Origin: a phage
Sequence record: PZ386963.1
Length of the DNA stretch: 64,000 nucleotides
Strand: one strand, 5' to 3'
Shown piece after piece: positions 10,617 through 27,603 of the stretch (its first letter is position 1; every line of letters begins with the position of its first letter). Below the pieces are notes generated by a model that worked only from the letters and a program-made list of their open reading frames with translations, had not been told where the DNA came from and made no database searches. The translations under genes were made by a program, and so were the position numbers.

Positions 10617-11015
10617 ATGAAAACAGAATTTAGAGTAATTAATGGTAAGAAAGTAAATATCGTTCTGCTTGGGGCAAGAGATGGTATTAAGATGTCTATG
10701 AAGTTGGGTAAAATTGTTGTTCCAACCTTTGCACAGATGCTATCAAGTCTGACTGACAAGGGTAAGAAGGAAGCTCCAATGGTTCCATTTAAAGAACTTG
10801 TTGAAGCTTGTTTTGACAGAATTGAAGAAATTAACCTTGAAGAAATGGCAACTCTGTTATTTCAAGGGGCAACTGTTGATGACTTCCCACTTAATATTGA
10901 TACGTACTTCCAAGCAAACTACGGTGAATTTATTGATTACTTAGCATTTGCGCTGGAGGCAAACTTCGGAAGTTTTTTCGAAGCAAGCATTTTCAAAAGC
11001 CTAACTTCTCAGTAA
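10617..11015 (+). CDS. tail assembly chaperone (G-like)
   Basis: 132-aa ORF immediately upstream of tape measure; contains slippery T_TTT_TTC near 3' end. Confidence 0.5.
   Translation: MKTEFRVINGKKVNIVLLGARDGIKMSMKLGKIVVPTFAQMLSSLTDKGKKEAPMVPFKELVEACFDRIEEINLEEMATLLFQGATVDDFPLNIDTYFQANYGEFIDYLAFALEANFGSFFEASIFKSLTSQ
10973..10979 (+). other. candidate -1 programmed ribosomal frameshift slippery heptamer T_TTT_TTC
   Basis: Heptamer in zero frame of chaperone ORF; -1 frame open through 11257. Confidence 0.45.
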
Positions 11016-11017
11016 AC

Positions 11018-11256
11018 ATGGGTAATACTCTACAGACACCACTGACTGATGCTGCTGTAGAGGCAACCTATGAAGAAGCAGACGAGATGAAATTTGTGCT
11101 TGCTATTTATGGTATGGAAGGGTGTAAAGAAACACTTGACCAACTCTTTGCTATGACATTCTCTGATTTATTATCATTGAGACAATTTCTTGAGATTCAG
11201 AGGTCGTATAAAGAGGAAATTGCTTACAACGAACTTAGAAGAGCAGGAAAAATGTA

Positions 11257-11257
<1 letters not shown>
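11018..11257 (+). CDS. tail assembly chaperone -1 frame extension (GT-like; probably made as frameshift fusion)
   Basis: 79-aa ORF in the -1 frame relative to 10617..11015; that frame is open from 10937. Confidence 0.45.
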
Positions 11258-19261
<8,004 letters not shown>

Positions 19262-19263
19262 TA

Positions 19264-20430
19264 ATGGCAGTAGGTGAAATTCAAATTAGTGCCTTGCCTC
19301 AAGCAGCCTTACCAATTGACCTTAGTGATATCTTCCATCTTAAACAGGGTATTGAGGATAAGAGATGTACTCTTGAGCAATTACTTGCTCCACACTCAAG
19401 CCTAAGAAATAACCCCCACGGTGTTACTAAAACACAAATTGGTTTAGATAACGTTATCAATGCTCTTCAGTTAGTTGCTGCAAATAATTTATCAGACATT
19501 ACTAATGTTGATGAGGCAAGAGCAAATCTACAGATTATGTCTTCAGAAGAGGTTAATAGCCTTGTCCAACAGCATATTAATGATAAGAGTAATCCACACA
19601 ATACAACTAAAGCACAGGTTGGTTTAAGTAATGTTCAGAACTGGACAACATCCAACCTTTATAATGAGGATGCAGATAAGTATGCTACAGCAAGAGCAGT
19701 AAATAACTTGTACAAGGCTGTTCAGGCTTCTTATCCAGTAGGTACTATCCATCTCTCTATGAATCCTGCAAACCCTTCTACATATTTAATTTGTGGAGGT
19801 ACTTGGGAGTTAGTTTCAAAAGGAAGAGCACTTGTAGGTTATGATAGTGCTTCTAGGCCAGTTGGTAGTAACTTTGGCTCAAGTAGTGTTAGCTTATCTA
19901 GTAACAATCTACCATCACATAGCCATTCAATCTACCTAACTGGTGGTGGACATACTCATGGTGCTGCTATTACTATCGATGGCTTTGATTACGGCAATAA
20001 GAGCACAAACAGTTTCGATTATGGAACAAAGACCACTAATAGCACTGGTGCTCACACCCACTCAGTGAGCGGTTCAACAAATACCACAGGTAATCACACA
20101 CATACTGTAGGTGGTCGTTACGGGGGTGACTCTATTGGTGGTAAACAACGTGTTCAGGTCTCAGGGACTGCTCAGGTTTCCAGTGTAGCGGGTGACCACT
20201 CACACACTATTAGCGGTTCAACAAATACCACAGGCAATCACCAACACACTGTTGCAATTGGTGCTCACACGCATACTGTTGCAATTGGTGCTCATACCCA
20301 TAAAGGCACAGTAACTTTGCAGTCATCTGAGCATACTCACTCAGGTACTACAGGTACTACAGGTGCTGGTCAAGCATTTAGCGTTGAACAACCATCCTTT
20401 GTGGTTTATGTATGGCAAAGAACCGCTTAA
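19264..20430 (+). CDS. tail fiber protein with His-rich HxH-repeat C-terminal domain
   Basis: 388 aa; two NPHxxTKxQxGLxNV fiber-repeat motifs; C-terminus has repeated AHTHSV/GNHTHTV HxH motifs. Confidence 0.65.
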   Translation: MAVGEIQISALPQAALPIDLSDIFHLKQGIEDKRCTLEQLLAPHSSLRNNPHGVTKTQIGLDNVINALQLVAANNLSDITNVDEARANLQIMSSEEVNSLVQQHINDKSNPHNTTKAQVGLSNVQNWTTSNLYNEDADKYATARAVNNLYKAVQASYPVGTIHLSMNPANPSTYLICGGTWELVSKGRALVGYDSASRPVGSNFGSSSVSLSSNNLPSHSHSIYLTGGGHTHGAAITIDGFDYGNKSTNSFDYGTKTTNSTGAHTHSVSGSTNTTGNHTHTVGGRYGGDSIGGKQRVQVSGTAQVSSVAGDHSHTISGSTNTTGNHQHTVAIGAHTHTVAIGAHTHKGTVTLQSSEHTHSGTTGTTGAGQAFSVEQPSFVVYVWQRTA

Positions 20431-20480
20431 AAATTCTTTTACAGGGGGCTGCACAGCCCTCTTTCTAGAGGACAAAAATA

Positions 20481-22826
20481 ATGGCAGATTACAAGTTGAG
20501 TGAATTAAACTCAATCGATACAATCCGTTCAGACGACCTTCTTCATGTCAGGGTTAAAAAGAGACCTGAAATGCTGGGTGATGAAGACCGTCGAATGACC
20601 TATCAAGACTTCTTAGCATCTTTTAAGCTTGAAAGATTTGTTCAGATTGCTGGTAGTACTATGACTGGTGACTTAGGGATTGTTAAGTTACTTTATGGTG
20701 GTAAGGTAGTCTTTGACCCTACAGGCTCTTCCGAGATTACTATGGGGGATGTTTTAAAGACTTTTAAAATTAATGCAAATGGTCTTAAACTAACTATTGC
20801 AGATGCTTCAAGGTCTGCAACTGTTTATCATACTCTTAATAAGCCAAGTCCTAATGAGCTTGGGATGAGAACTAATGAAGAGAATGACGCAAGATATGCA
20901 AGGCTTGCTGTCACAAACACATTCTCTGGGACTCAGAACATTCAAGGTGATGTTAACTTACTTCGCCTTAGAAACCAAAATGCAAATAATGCACAATATA
21001 TTGAAGGTGTAGACCTAGATGGCTCGGCTAGATGGTTGGTTGGTATTAGTAAAAATGGTTCTGATGCAGTGCAGTTGTACAATAATAAATATGACTCAGC
21101 TTTGACTATTGCAAGTAATATCTCTGTTAATAAGTCTTTAGCAATTACTGGTCAAGTCCAACCTTCGGATTTCTCTAACTTAGATGCAAGATACTTTACT
21201 CAGACGGCAGCTAATCAGAGGTTTGCACAGTTAGCTGGTAATAACACATTTAGTGGTTCTAATACTTTCACTAATTTTGTTATTAAGAAGAATGCTAATG
21301 CTATTACTATTCAAAATGTAGATACAACTACGGCTTTGTATATCCAAGCAAGGAAATCAGATGGAACTAATAAGTGGTACATTGGTAATGACGGTGATGA
21401 GAACATTGTAAACATCTATAACTATTTAGCAAAAACACAAATCTCACTAGGTAACACCATTACCATGAGTAAAACAGTCCAAATTGGTGGTCAAGTTCAA
21501 CCTTCTGATTGGACTAACATTGACTCTAGATATATTCCGGCAGCAACATTAAGTACGATTGCAAGAACTAATGCACAAAATACTTTTAATGGTGCGCAAA
21601 CAGTTGTTAGTGATGGCGAAGGTTTAGTTATTAAAAACTCTACTCAGAATAGGCCATTGTATATTCGTGGTAAGGACGCTGCCAATGTATCAAGATGGTG
21701 GTTAGGTGTTGGTGACCCAAATTCTACTGATGTAGCCTTAAACAACAGCTTCTCTGGCACTCAGTTAATTTTAGGTAACTCATCTGCAAGTATCAATAAG
21801 ACATTAACCCTAGCAGGGCAGATTCAACCCTCAGATTTCTCTAACTTAGATGCTAGATATTTTACCCAATCAGCAGCTAATCAGAGATTTATGTATGCAG
21901 GCTCTACAGGAACAGCTAGTGAAGTAGGGGATAGCAAAGGGGTTGCTTGGAATGCTAAAACTGGTCTATATAATGTTATGAGGTCTAGTGGAGACTCAAC
22001 ACTACTTGTTTTTCAAATGTATCAAGGTTCAAGCTCTACTCCTTCTGCTCAATTGAGATTCGACTACCGGAATGGAGGATTTTGGTATAGGTCATCAAGG
22101 GACAGATTTGGTTTTGAAGAGGACTTCACACAAATTTATACAGAAAAGTATAAACCAACTCCTTCAGCTATCGGTGCATACACTAAAGCTGAAACTGACC
22201 AGAAGATTGCACAGGCAGTAAGTGATTCAACAGACCTTAATAAAATCTACCCTGTTGGTATTGTAACTTGGTTTAACAGTAACGTTAACCCTAATACCGC
22301 ACTTCCTGGATTAACTTGGACGTACTTGAACAATGGTGTAGGTAGAACAATCAGGGTTGCAGCAGCTAATGGTTCAGATGTTGCTACAACTGGAGGTTCA
22401 GATTCTGTTACGTTAGCAGTTGGAAACTTACCTTCACACACTCATAGTTTCTCTGCGACTACTTCATCATTTGACTATGGTACTAAAACCACTAACACTA
22501 CTGGTGCTCACACCCACTCAGTGAGTGGTTCTACTAACAACACTGGTGCTCATACACATACAGTTGGTGGTCGTTATGGTGGTGACTCTATCGGTGGTAA
22601 ACAACGTGTTCAGGTATCTGGTACAGAACAGGTATCTAGCTCTGCTGGTGCTCACTCTCACACTGTATCTGGTACTGCTACCTCTAACGGAAACCATGCT
22701 CACACTGTTGGTATTGGTGCTCACAGTCATACAGTTAGTGGTAACACTGGTGGTACAGGTTCTGGTTCAGCATTTAGTGTTACTAACCAGTTCTATAAGC
22801 TGATGGCTTGGGTGAGAACTGCTTAA
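20481..22826 (+). CDS. long tail fiber protein with internal repeats and HxH C-terminal domain
   Basis: 781 aa; three copies of GQVQPSDFSNLDARYFTQ-like repeat; C-terminal ~100 aa near-identical to that of 19264..20430. Confidence 0.65.
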   Translation: MADYKLSELNSIDTIRSDDLLHVRVKKRPEMLGDEDRRMTYQDFLASFKLERFVQIAGSTMTGDLGIVKLLYGGKVVFDPTGSSEITMGDVLKTFKINANGLKLTIADASRSATVYHTLNKPSPNELGMRTNEENDARYARLAVTNTFSGTQNIQGDVNLLRLRNQNANNAQYIEGVDLDGSARWLVGISKNGSDAVQLYNNKYDSALTIASNISVNKSLAITGQVQPSDFSNLDARYFTQTAANQRFAQLAGNNTFSGSNTFTNFVIKKNANAITIQNVDTTTALYIQARKSDGTNKWYIGNDGDENIVNIYNYLAKTQISLGNTITMSKTVQIGGQVQPSDWTNIDSRYIPAATLSTIARTNAQNTFNGAQTVVSDGEGLVIKNSTQNRPLYIRGKDAANVSRWWLGVGDPNSTDVALNNSFSGTQLILGNSSASINKTLTLAGQIQPSDFSNLDARYFTQSAANQRFMYAGSTGTASEVGDSKGVAWNAKTGLYNVMRSSGDSTLLVFQMYQGSSSTPSAQLRFDYRNGGFWYRSSRDRFGFEEDFTQIYTEKYKPTPSAIGAYTKAETDQKIAQAVSDSTDLNKIYPVGIVTWFNSNVNPNTALPGLTWTYLNNGVGRTIRVAAANGSDVATTGGSDSVTLAVGNLPSHTHSFSATTSSFDYGTKTTNTTGAHTHSVSGSTNNTGAHTHTVGGRYGGDSIGGKQRVQVSGTEQVSSSAGAHSHTVSGTATSNGNHAHTVGIGAHSHTVSGNTGGTGSGSAFSVTNQFYKLMAWVRTA

Positions 22827-22832
22827 TCCCTT

Positions 22833-22861
22833 ATTGACTGATTGTTAAGATGGTGTTAATA
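22833..22861 (+). promoter_or_regulatory. sigma70-like promoter TTGACT-17-TAATAT, overlapped by 9-bp inverted repeat (22847-22855 / 22879-22887)
   Basis: Hexamers and spacing read directly; upstream of 22906 gene. Confidence 0.4.
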
Positions 22862-22905
22862 TTCTTTATGGGTATTCTCACCATCTTGGCTGATGAGGTG
22901 ATTAA

Positions 22906-23100
22906 ATGCCTACAATCCTAGCAATTCTTCTAAAAAATCTAGGTAGTTTCTTCTGGAAACTCATTTTATCCCTTCTAAGTGAATACATGATTGAGAAAGT
23001 GTTCTTTAAGCTTGCAAGATACCTTGCGAGTAAAACAGACACACCTATTGATGATGAGTTCGTAGATAACTTAGAAAAAGCTTTTAAGGGGGAGAAATAA
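22906..23100 (+). CDS. small membrane protein (holin/antiholin candidate)
   Basis: 64 aa with hydrophobic N-terminal segment; after fiber genes. Confidence 0.3.
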   Translation: MPTILAILLKNLGSFFWKLILSLLSEYMIEKVFFKLARYLASKTDTPIDDEFVDNLEKAFKGEK

Positions 23101-23472
23101 ATGAAGTGGCTAGAGGAAGCTTTTAAAAATAATATTGGTGCAATTGTAGTTGGTATTTTTAGTGTTATTGGGATGTATACCACGATGCAAGTTTCAAGTG
23201 GTAAGCAAGAAGTGTCTGTCACAACAAAGTTACAGCAGCTAGATAATTATTCCAAAAGTAACTATTCAGCTATTCGTGATTTACAGTCTGACATGAGATT
23301 GATTCAGCTAGGGATGGAGAACCAGAAAGTTCAGTTAGAGAATGTTAAGGGTGAAAACGCAAAACTTACCAAAACTCTTGATAAATTCTCTGACAGTGTA
23401 AATAATCTGGCTCAATCAGTATCAGCCTTGCAAGCTATTACTGAAAAGAACACAAAGAATACTGAAAAATAA
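23101..23472 (+). CDS. single-pass membrane protein with coiled-coil ectodomain (holin-like candidate)
   Basis: 123 aa; N-terminal TM (IGAIVVGIFSVIGMY), Q/L/N-rich helical C-terminus. Confidence 0.3.
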   Translation: MKWLEEAFKNNIGAIVVGIFSVIGMYTTMQVSSGKQEVSVTTKLQQLDNYSKSNYSAIRDLQSDMRLIQLGMENQKVQLENVKGENAKLTKTLDKFSDSVNNLAQSVSALQAITEKNTKNTEK

Positions 23473-23478
23473 AATTTT

Positions 23479-23510
23479 AAGGCTCCTTTTTACGGGAGCC
23501 TTTTTTGTTT
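23479..23510. terminator. bidirectional rho-independent terminator between convergent operons
   Basis: AAGGCTCC-loop-GGAGCCTT hairpin flanked by A-run and T-run. Confidence 0.6.
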
Positions 23511-24410
23511 CTACTTACCTACTGACAAAGGTGCTTCAATCTTTCCTGCATGTTGGTAATTGTAAATGCCACCAATAAAATCACTTGCAGTGAGATGTTT
23601 TAAGTCACTTAAAGTGTTAAGTGGGATACCAATCTCAAAAGTTGGTGCATGGAACTCTTCATTGTTCATCAGTTCATAAACCTGCTTCATATGATTCTGA
23701 TAAATCTGAGTATCTCCAAAGACACCTATCAAGTACCGTGGAGTGTATCCAGTCATCTTACAAAGAACTTCCAGAATAAAACCATAAGATGCAATATTAA
23801 ACGGGAGTCCTAAAAAGGTGTCTACTGAACGCTGATACCATTGTAAGTCAACTTCACCCTCGTTAGTGATATAAATCTGAAACAGAACATGACAAGGTGC
23901 TAAAGCCATCGAGTTGGATGCAATATCTGCTGCATTCCAAGCATTAACAAGCATGTAGCGGTCTGTAATATCACCCTTCATCTTCGTTACTAAGGTCTCT
24001 AACTGGTCTACAACACAACCATTATGACCTTCAAAGTTTCTCCACTGAACCCCGTAGATTCTCCCACCTGCGTCATCTAACCAGTCTTGTTCAGAAGAAT
24101 AATTAGAGCTTAACCAGCGTTTAAAATCATCTGACCAGATAGTCCAGCGTTCTCCATCATTTTCATCCCAAGTGCGGTAACGGAGTTCACCCAGTTTATT
24201 CTCACCATTCAGGAACCATAAAGCTTCCCCAATAACTTGCCGTGTAAACACCTGTTTAGATGTTAAGAGCGGGAAACCAGTTCGCATATCAAAACGAAAC
24301 TGAGGTGGAGCAAATGCAGAGATAACATCTCCAGTTCGTGTAGTACGCAGTTCACCAACGGATAAAACATGGTTCAGGATATTTTTGTAACTTGAATCTG
24401 CTTGTGACAT
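23511..24410 (-). CDS. thyA: thymidylate synthase (ThyA family)
   Basis: LAPCHVLFQIY catalytic Cys motif and YQRSVDTFLGLPFNIASY motif closely match ThyA. Confidence 0.8.
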   Translation of the reverse strand: MSQADSSYKNILNHVLSVGELRTTRTGDVISAFAPPQFRFDMRTGFPLLTSKQVFTRQVIGEALWFLNGENKLGELRYRTWDENDGERWTIWSDDFKRWLSSNYSSEQDWLDDAGGRIYGVQWRNFEGHNGCVVDQLETLVTKMKGDITDRYMLVNAWNAADIASNSMALAPCHVLFQIYITNEGEVDLQWYQRSVDTFLGLPFNIASYGFILEVLCKMTGYTPRYLIGVFGDTQIYQNHMKQVYELMNNEEFHAPTFEIGIPLNTLSDLKHLTASDFIGGIYNYQHAGKIEAPLSVGK

Positions 24411-24411
24411 A

Positions 24412-24957
24412 TCAAAAGTGTCCTTTTACTTGTGGAACATAAATTTCAAAGGTTGCTTTACCATCTACTGATGGTTTTGACTGAATCTTAGCGAAAATTT
24501 GACGGTCATGCAACTTATCAAAGAAATTCTCAAAAGGTAGATGCACAGTTGCCTCTTCAGTCACTTCATGAAAAACTGTATGGAGCACTACATCAGCATA
24601 CGGTAAAGCACTGACAAGAATACCTACACCACCAATTACATAAACATCTTCTTCAATATTACTATCAAGATACTTTAAAAATGCTCCAAAAGAATCTTGA
24701 TGAGCCTTAGCAAACATAACATCATCTTTGGTGAAGTCCATACCATAATAAGGCACAGAATTTGTTAAGATGAGGTTTGTACGTTCTGGTAAAGGTTTAC
24801 TGCCCAGAGTCTTAAAAGTCTCGTTACCCATAACTACTAAGTTGTCTTTAGTAAGTCTCTTAAACTCTTGCATATCCTGTTTATGTCGAGGCCACGGCAT
24901 ACCAGTTGGAGTACCAAACTCCCCATTTTCACCACTTGCAAAGATTAATTTAATCAT
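24412..24957 (-). CDS. frd: dihydrofolate reductase
   Basis: N-terminal IFASGENGEFG..MPW pattern and overall DHFR-like layout; adjacent to thyA. Confidence 0.7.
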   Translation of the reverse strand: MIKLIFASGENGEFGTPTGMPWPRHKQDMQEFKRLTKDNLVVMGNETFKTLGSKPLPERTNLILTNSVPYYGMDFTKDDVMFAKAHQDSFGAFLKYLDSNIEEDVYVIGGVGILVSALPYADVVLHTVFHEVTEEATVHLPFENFFDKLHDRQIFAKIQSKPSVDGKATFEIYVPQVKGHF

Positions 24958-25214
24958 TTTGTAAACCCTTTCTTAATGAACCAGTTGATAACATTCTTCA
25001 CAACTTTACTACGATGGTGGATAAAATGTGGAGATGGTTGGTATGAACCATAAGCCCAGAAAGCGATAATTTCATTACACCCTGTGCATCGGGTACTTTC
25101 TTCAGCAATATGACCGTTGACTATTTCACTTACCTCACCTTGTAAGTCTGTACACCCACAATGTGGACATCGGATAGGTGTTCCATCAGACTCATAGCAG
25201 TGTTCAATTTTCAT
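24954..25214 (-). CDS. small zinc-ribbon protein
   Basis: CPHCGC ... CTGC cysteine pairs. Confidence 0.35.
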   Translation of the reverse strand: MKIEHCYESDGTPIRCPHCGCTDLQGEVSEIVNGHIAEESTRCTGCNEIIAFWAYGSYQPSPHFIHHRSKVVKNVINWFIKKGFTK

Positions 25215-25730
25215 TTATTTAACCTCAAAAACTGGCTCAAGAACCAATATAAAGTCTACACAGTCATCTTCTTCATCCAGAATACCATCAAAGTTCTTAG
25301 GAACGAAGTCGAAGAGGCTCATAACAAAACAGTCAGAAGTGACCCTGATAGTACCTCCAATGTTCTCTACAGTCAACACTGTACGACTTTCTTTTACCTC
25401 CCTCAGAAGATTACTCACAAAGTCATCTAAGAAGTACTTCATCAGTGACTTAAAACCTTTAGGGTAATCTGTACCAGAGTATGTTTCAATCTGAGGCACA
25501 AGCTTAACATTTATACTAGTCTTTGTTAAGAACGTGTTAGAGAACATACTATCAGGTAGCTTACAAACAGTCTTTCCAGTACCTTCATGTTCAATCTCAA
25601 CAAAACCAGCTTCATCGCCACATGTAACTATTTTAAAAGATGCTTCATTCTCATACTGTGAAGCCATAAACTTTTTAAGCATCTCTTTAAGGAAGTCTGC
25701 ATGAGTATCTTGTAAGTAGATATCAATCAT
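25215..25730 (-). CDS. hypothetical protein
   Basis: 171-aa ORF, compact operon spacing. Confidence 0.3.
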   Translation of the reverse strand: MIDIYLQDTHADFLKEMLKKFMASQYENEASFKIVTCGDEAGFVEIEHEGTGKTVCKLPDSMFSNTFLTKTSINVKLVPQIETYSGTDYPKGFKSLMKYFLDDFVSNLLREVKESRTVLTVENIGGTIRVTSDCFVMSLFDFVPKNFDGILDEEDDCVDFILVLEPVFEVK

Positions 25731-25743
25731 AGTTAATCACCTA

Positions 25744-26103
25744 TTATGGGAACAGACACTTGATGTCATCGTTTTTAAAAACAAAACTTGTGTAGTTGTG
25801 ACCATCAACATCCAGCCAAACAGCCTGAACATCTACACCATCAAGATTGTGGTAAAGCTCTTTGATGAAGTGGTCTTTCACAATCTGACTACTAGTTGTT
25901 TCCAACTTAATGTTCGAGATTGCTGAACCTACAGCCATATAACCCATGACACGTTTCTTCTCAGTATGCTTAATTTTACCATCTTTGTAAGCCATAATGA
26001 GATTGGAAAGAATCTTCACACCATAATACTTCTCAAGGTGAGTAGGTACGCCATAAAAACCTAATGCGAAGTTTTCAAAGTGGATAATGTTTTCACGTTT
26101 CAT
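25744..26103 (-). CDS. hypothetical protein
   Basis: 119-aa ORF. Confidence 0.3.
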   Translation of the reverse strand: MKRENIIHFENFALGFYGVPTHLEKYYGVKILSNLIMAYKDGKIKHTEKKRVMGYMAVGSAISNIKLETTSSQIVKDHFIKELYHNLDGVDVQAVWLDVDGHNYTSFVFKNDDIKCLFP

Positions 26104-26104
26104 A

Positions 26105-26434
26105 TTAATCTGCCAACCTTAAATTGAGATTAACACCAAATTTTTCACACACTCCCAACATATACTCAAGGGAAACATTCCCAGTGAGGTGGATTATGTT
26201 GGATACACGAGCCTGAGAGATACCACAAATTTTAGCAACTTGTTCTTGAGAAAGACCTCTGGATTTAATCTCTCTCTTAAAACGATGTGCAACGAAGTCC
26301 CTCATTTCGTCTACATCCATTGGACAAATATAACTCTCCATTTCAGCCTCTCTATCAGCCTCCCAATCATCTTGTGGAGCATAAGGGTCAAAAGCTTCAT
26401 TCATCTTTCTTCTTCCGTTTGCGTGAAGTGTCAA
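26105..26434 (-). CDS. helix-turn-helix DNA-binding protein (XRE-like)
   Basis: LSQEQVAKICGISQARVSNIIH resembles XRE-type HTH. Confidence 0.5.
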   Translation of the reverse strand: MTLHANGRRKMNEAFDPYAPQDDWEADREAEMESYICPMDVDEMRDFVAHRFKREIKSRGLSQEQVAKICGISQARVSNIIHLTGNVSLEYMLGVCEKFGVNLNLRLAD

Positions 26435-26609
26435 TCAATGAATCTATGTTTGTAGCCCTAACCTTTTCACGTTCATCGTTAAGATAATCATCAAGAGCCT
26501 TTTCAATCTGTGAATCATCTTGACAGATAACTGTAAAGACTGTAAAGCCGTCTGTATCGTCAATTATCTTACCATAACCGCTTCTGGGATGTAACTTTTT
26601 AAGAGCCAT
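26397..26609 (-). CDS. hypothetical small protein
   Basis: 70-aa ORF overlapping neighbours at both ends. Confidence 0.25.
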   Translation of the reverse strand: MALKKLHPRSGYGKIIDDTDGFTVFTVICQDDSQIEKALDDYLNDEREKVRATNIDSLIDTSRKRKKKDE

Positions 26610-26610
26610 A

Positions 26611-26994
26611 TCAAATACCTGTGCAGCTTCTGTTTTCTAAGAAATACTCAACACCATACATAGCTTTTTGCATCAAATCTTCTTTAAACTGGATACGATG
26701 GTTGAGCATAGCCTGCACATCAATATCATCATGGTGCTTCTCTTTAATATTTGCAGATTGCAGGAAATACTCTGCAAGAACACGATACTGGTAGTCAGTC
26801 ACCTTATCGGTCATCTCTGTCAAAGACTCTTCAGAGATGGGTTTAAGTAACTCACCATTAGCTAGAGCAACACCTTTTACAATCTGGCAAGTGTCTTCTG
26901 GAACACCTGATAAGTCCACATTTGGAAGTTCTGTTGCATTGACTGGTAAGTTCATTGCCATAACCATTGCAGCAGCTAATAAAATCTTTTTCAT
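26611..26994 (-). CDS. secreted / periplasmic protein (signal peptide)
   Basis: N-terminus MKKILLAAAMVMAMNLPVNA is a typical Sec signal peptide. Confidence 0.45.
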   Translation of the reverse strand: MKKILLAAAMVMAMNLPVNATELPNVDLSGVPEDTCQIVKGVALANGELLKPISEESLTEMTDKVTDYQYRVLAEYFLQSANIKEKHHDDIDVQAMLNHRIQFKEDLMQKAMYGVEYFLENRSCTGI

Positions 26995-27039
26995 AATGAC
27001 CTCAAAGTTATATTAAATTTTGTATTACATTGAGTATAA

Positions 27040-27086
27040 AAATAAGCTATAACACCTGACTTGTCAACAGATTTTATAGCTTATTT
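27040..27086. promoter_or_regulatory. 13-bp perfect inverted repeat (AAATAAGCTATAA / TTATAGCTTATTT) flanking a TTGACA-containing 21-nt spacer
   Basis: Read directly; lies about 50 bp upstream of the - strand operon starting at 26994. Confidence 0.4.
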
Positions 27087-27110
27087 GGCAGATTTTTTAT
27101 AAGGCTACTG

Positions 27111-27176
27111 CCATCCTTCCATACCTTACCTTACCACACCTAACCATACCTAACCAAACTACACCATACAATACCT
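27111..27176. repeat. strand-asymmetric CA-rich low-complexity block (ACCTTACC/ACCTAACC-like units)
   Basis: Read directly; almost no G on + strand. Confidence 0.6.
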
Positions 27177-27244
27177 TGTTAAAAGACCCTCTTTAAAGAC
27201 CTTTTAAAAAGGTGAGTCTCATTTTAATGTAGCTGAGACTAACT

Positions 27245-27322
27245 ACCCTCACCAAACCAGACCCAACCCAGCCCAGCCATACCAGACCATACCAAACCCA
27301 ACCGAACCGAACCCTACCGAAC
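27245..27322. repeat. second CA-rich low-complexity block (CCCAACC/CCAGACC/CCGAACC units)
   Basis: Read directly; complementary strand has several GGG runs. Confidence 0.6.
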
Positions 27323-27414
27323 ATCACTTAAAAACCCTCTTAGAAGACTCTTAAGTGATGCTGGTGAGTACCCGTTGGTTTATGCTGCTCAGTATACTCA
27401 CCAAATTTTCTATG

Positions 27415-27603
27415 TCAACAACTTTCTAATAAAGTTTTATGAAGATTTTGCTTAACGACCCGCCTAACATGCCTATGTTCTTTCTTAATAAAGAGTGACC
27501 TCTTCTTGATAGAGCGCCTATTCTTGTAAGTGTTGCTAGGATACTTATCATGAACCGGACAACAACTCCCCGGTTTTACAAACTTGATAATCTCTCTTTT
27601 CAC
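27415..27603 (-). CDS. small basic protein
   Basis: 62-aa K/R-rich ORF coupled to ligase gene stop. Confidence 0.3.
   Translation of the reverse strand: MKREIIKFVKPGSCCPVHDKYPSNTYKNRRSIKKRSLFIKKEHRHVRRVVKQNLHKTLLESC

Noticed and set aside
26105-26434. CI/Cro-like repressor implying a temperate lifestyle
   Set aside because: No integrase, excisionase or attachment site is visible and the gene sits in a replication/early block of an otherwise lytic-type genome; more likely a transcriptional regulator of early genes.
27245-27322. G-quadruplex on the complementary strand of the CA-rich block
   Set aside because: Only about three GGG runs are closely spaced (complement of CCCAGCCCAGCC and neighbours); a canonical four-tract G4 is not clearly present, so it is mentioned only as a possibility.
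26995-27414. tRNA or other structured RNA gene in the long intergenic gaps
   Set aside because: No cloverleaf-compatible segment or GGTTCGAATCC-like T-loop seen by eye here or in 32853-33079 and 62922-63427. tRNAscan was not run, so absence is not proven.
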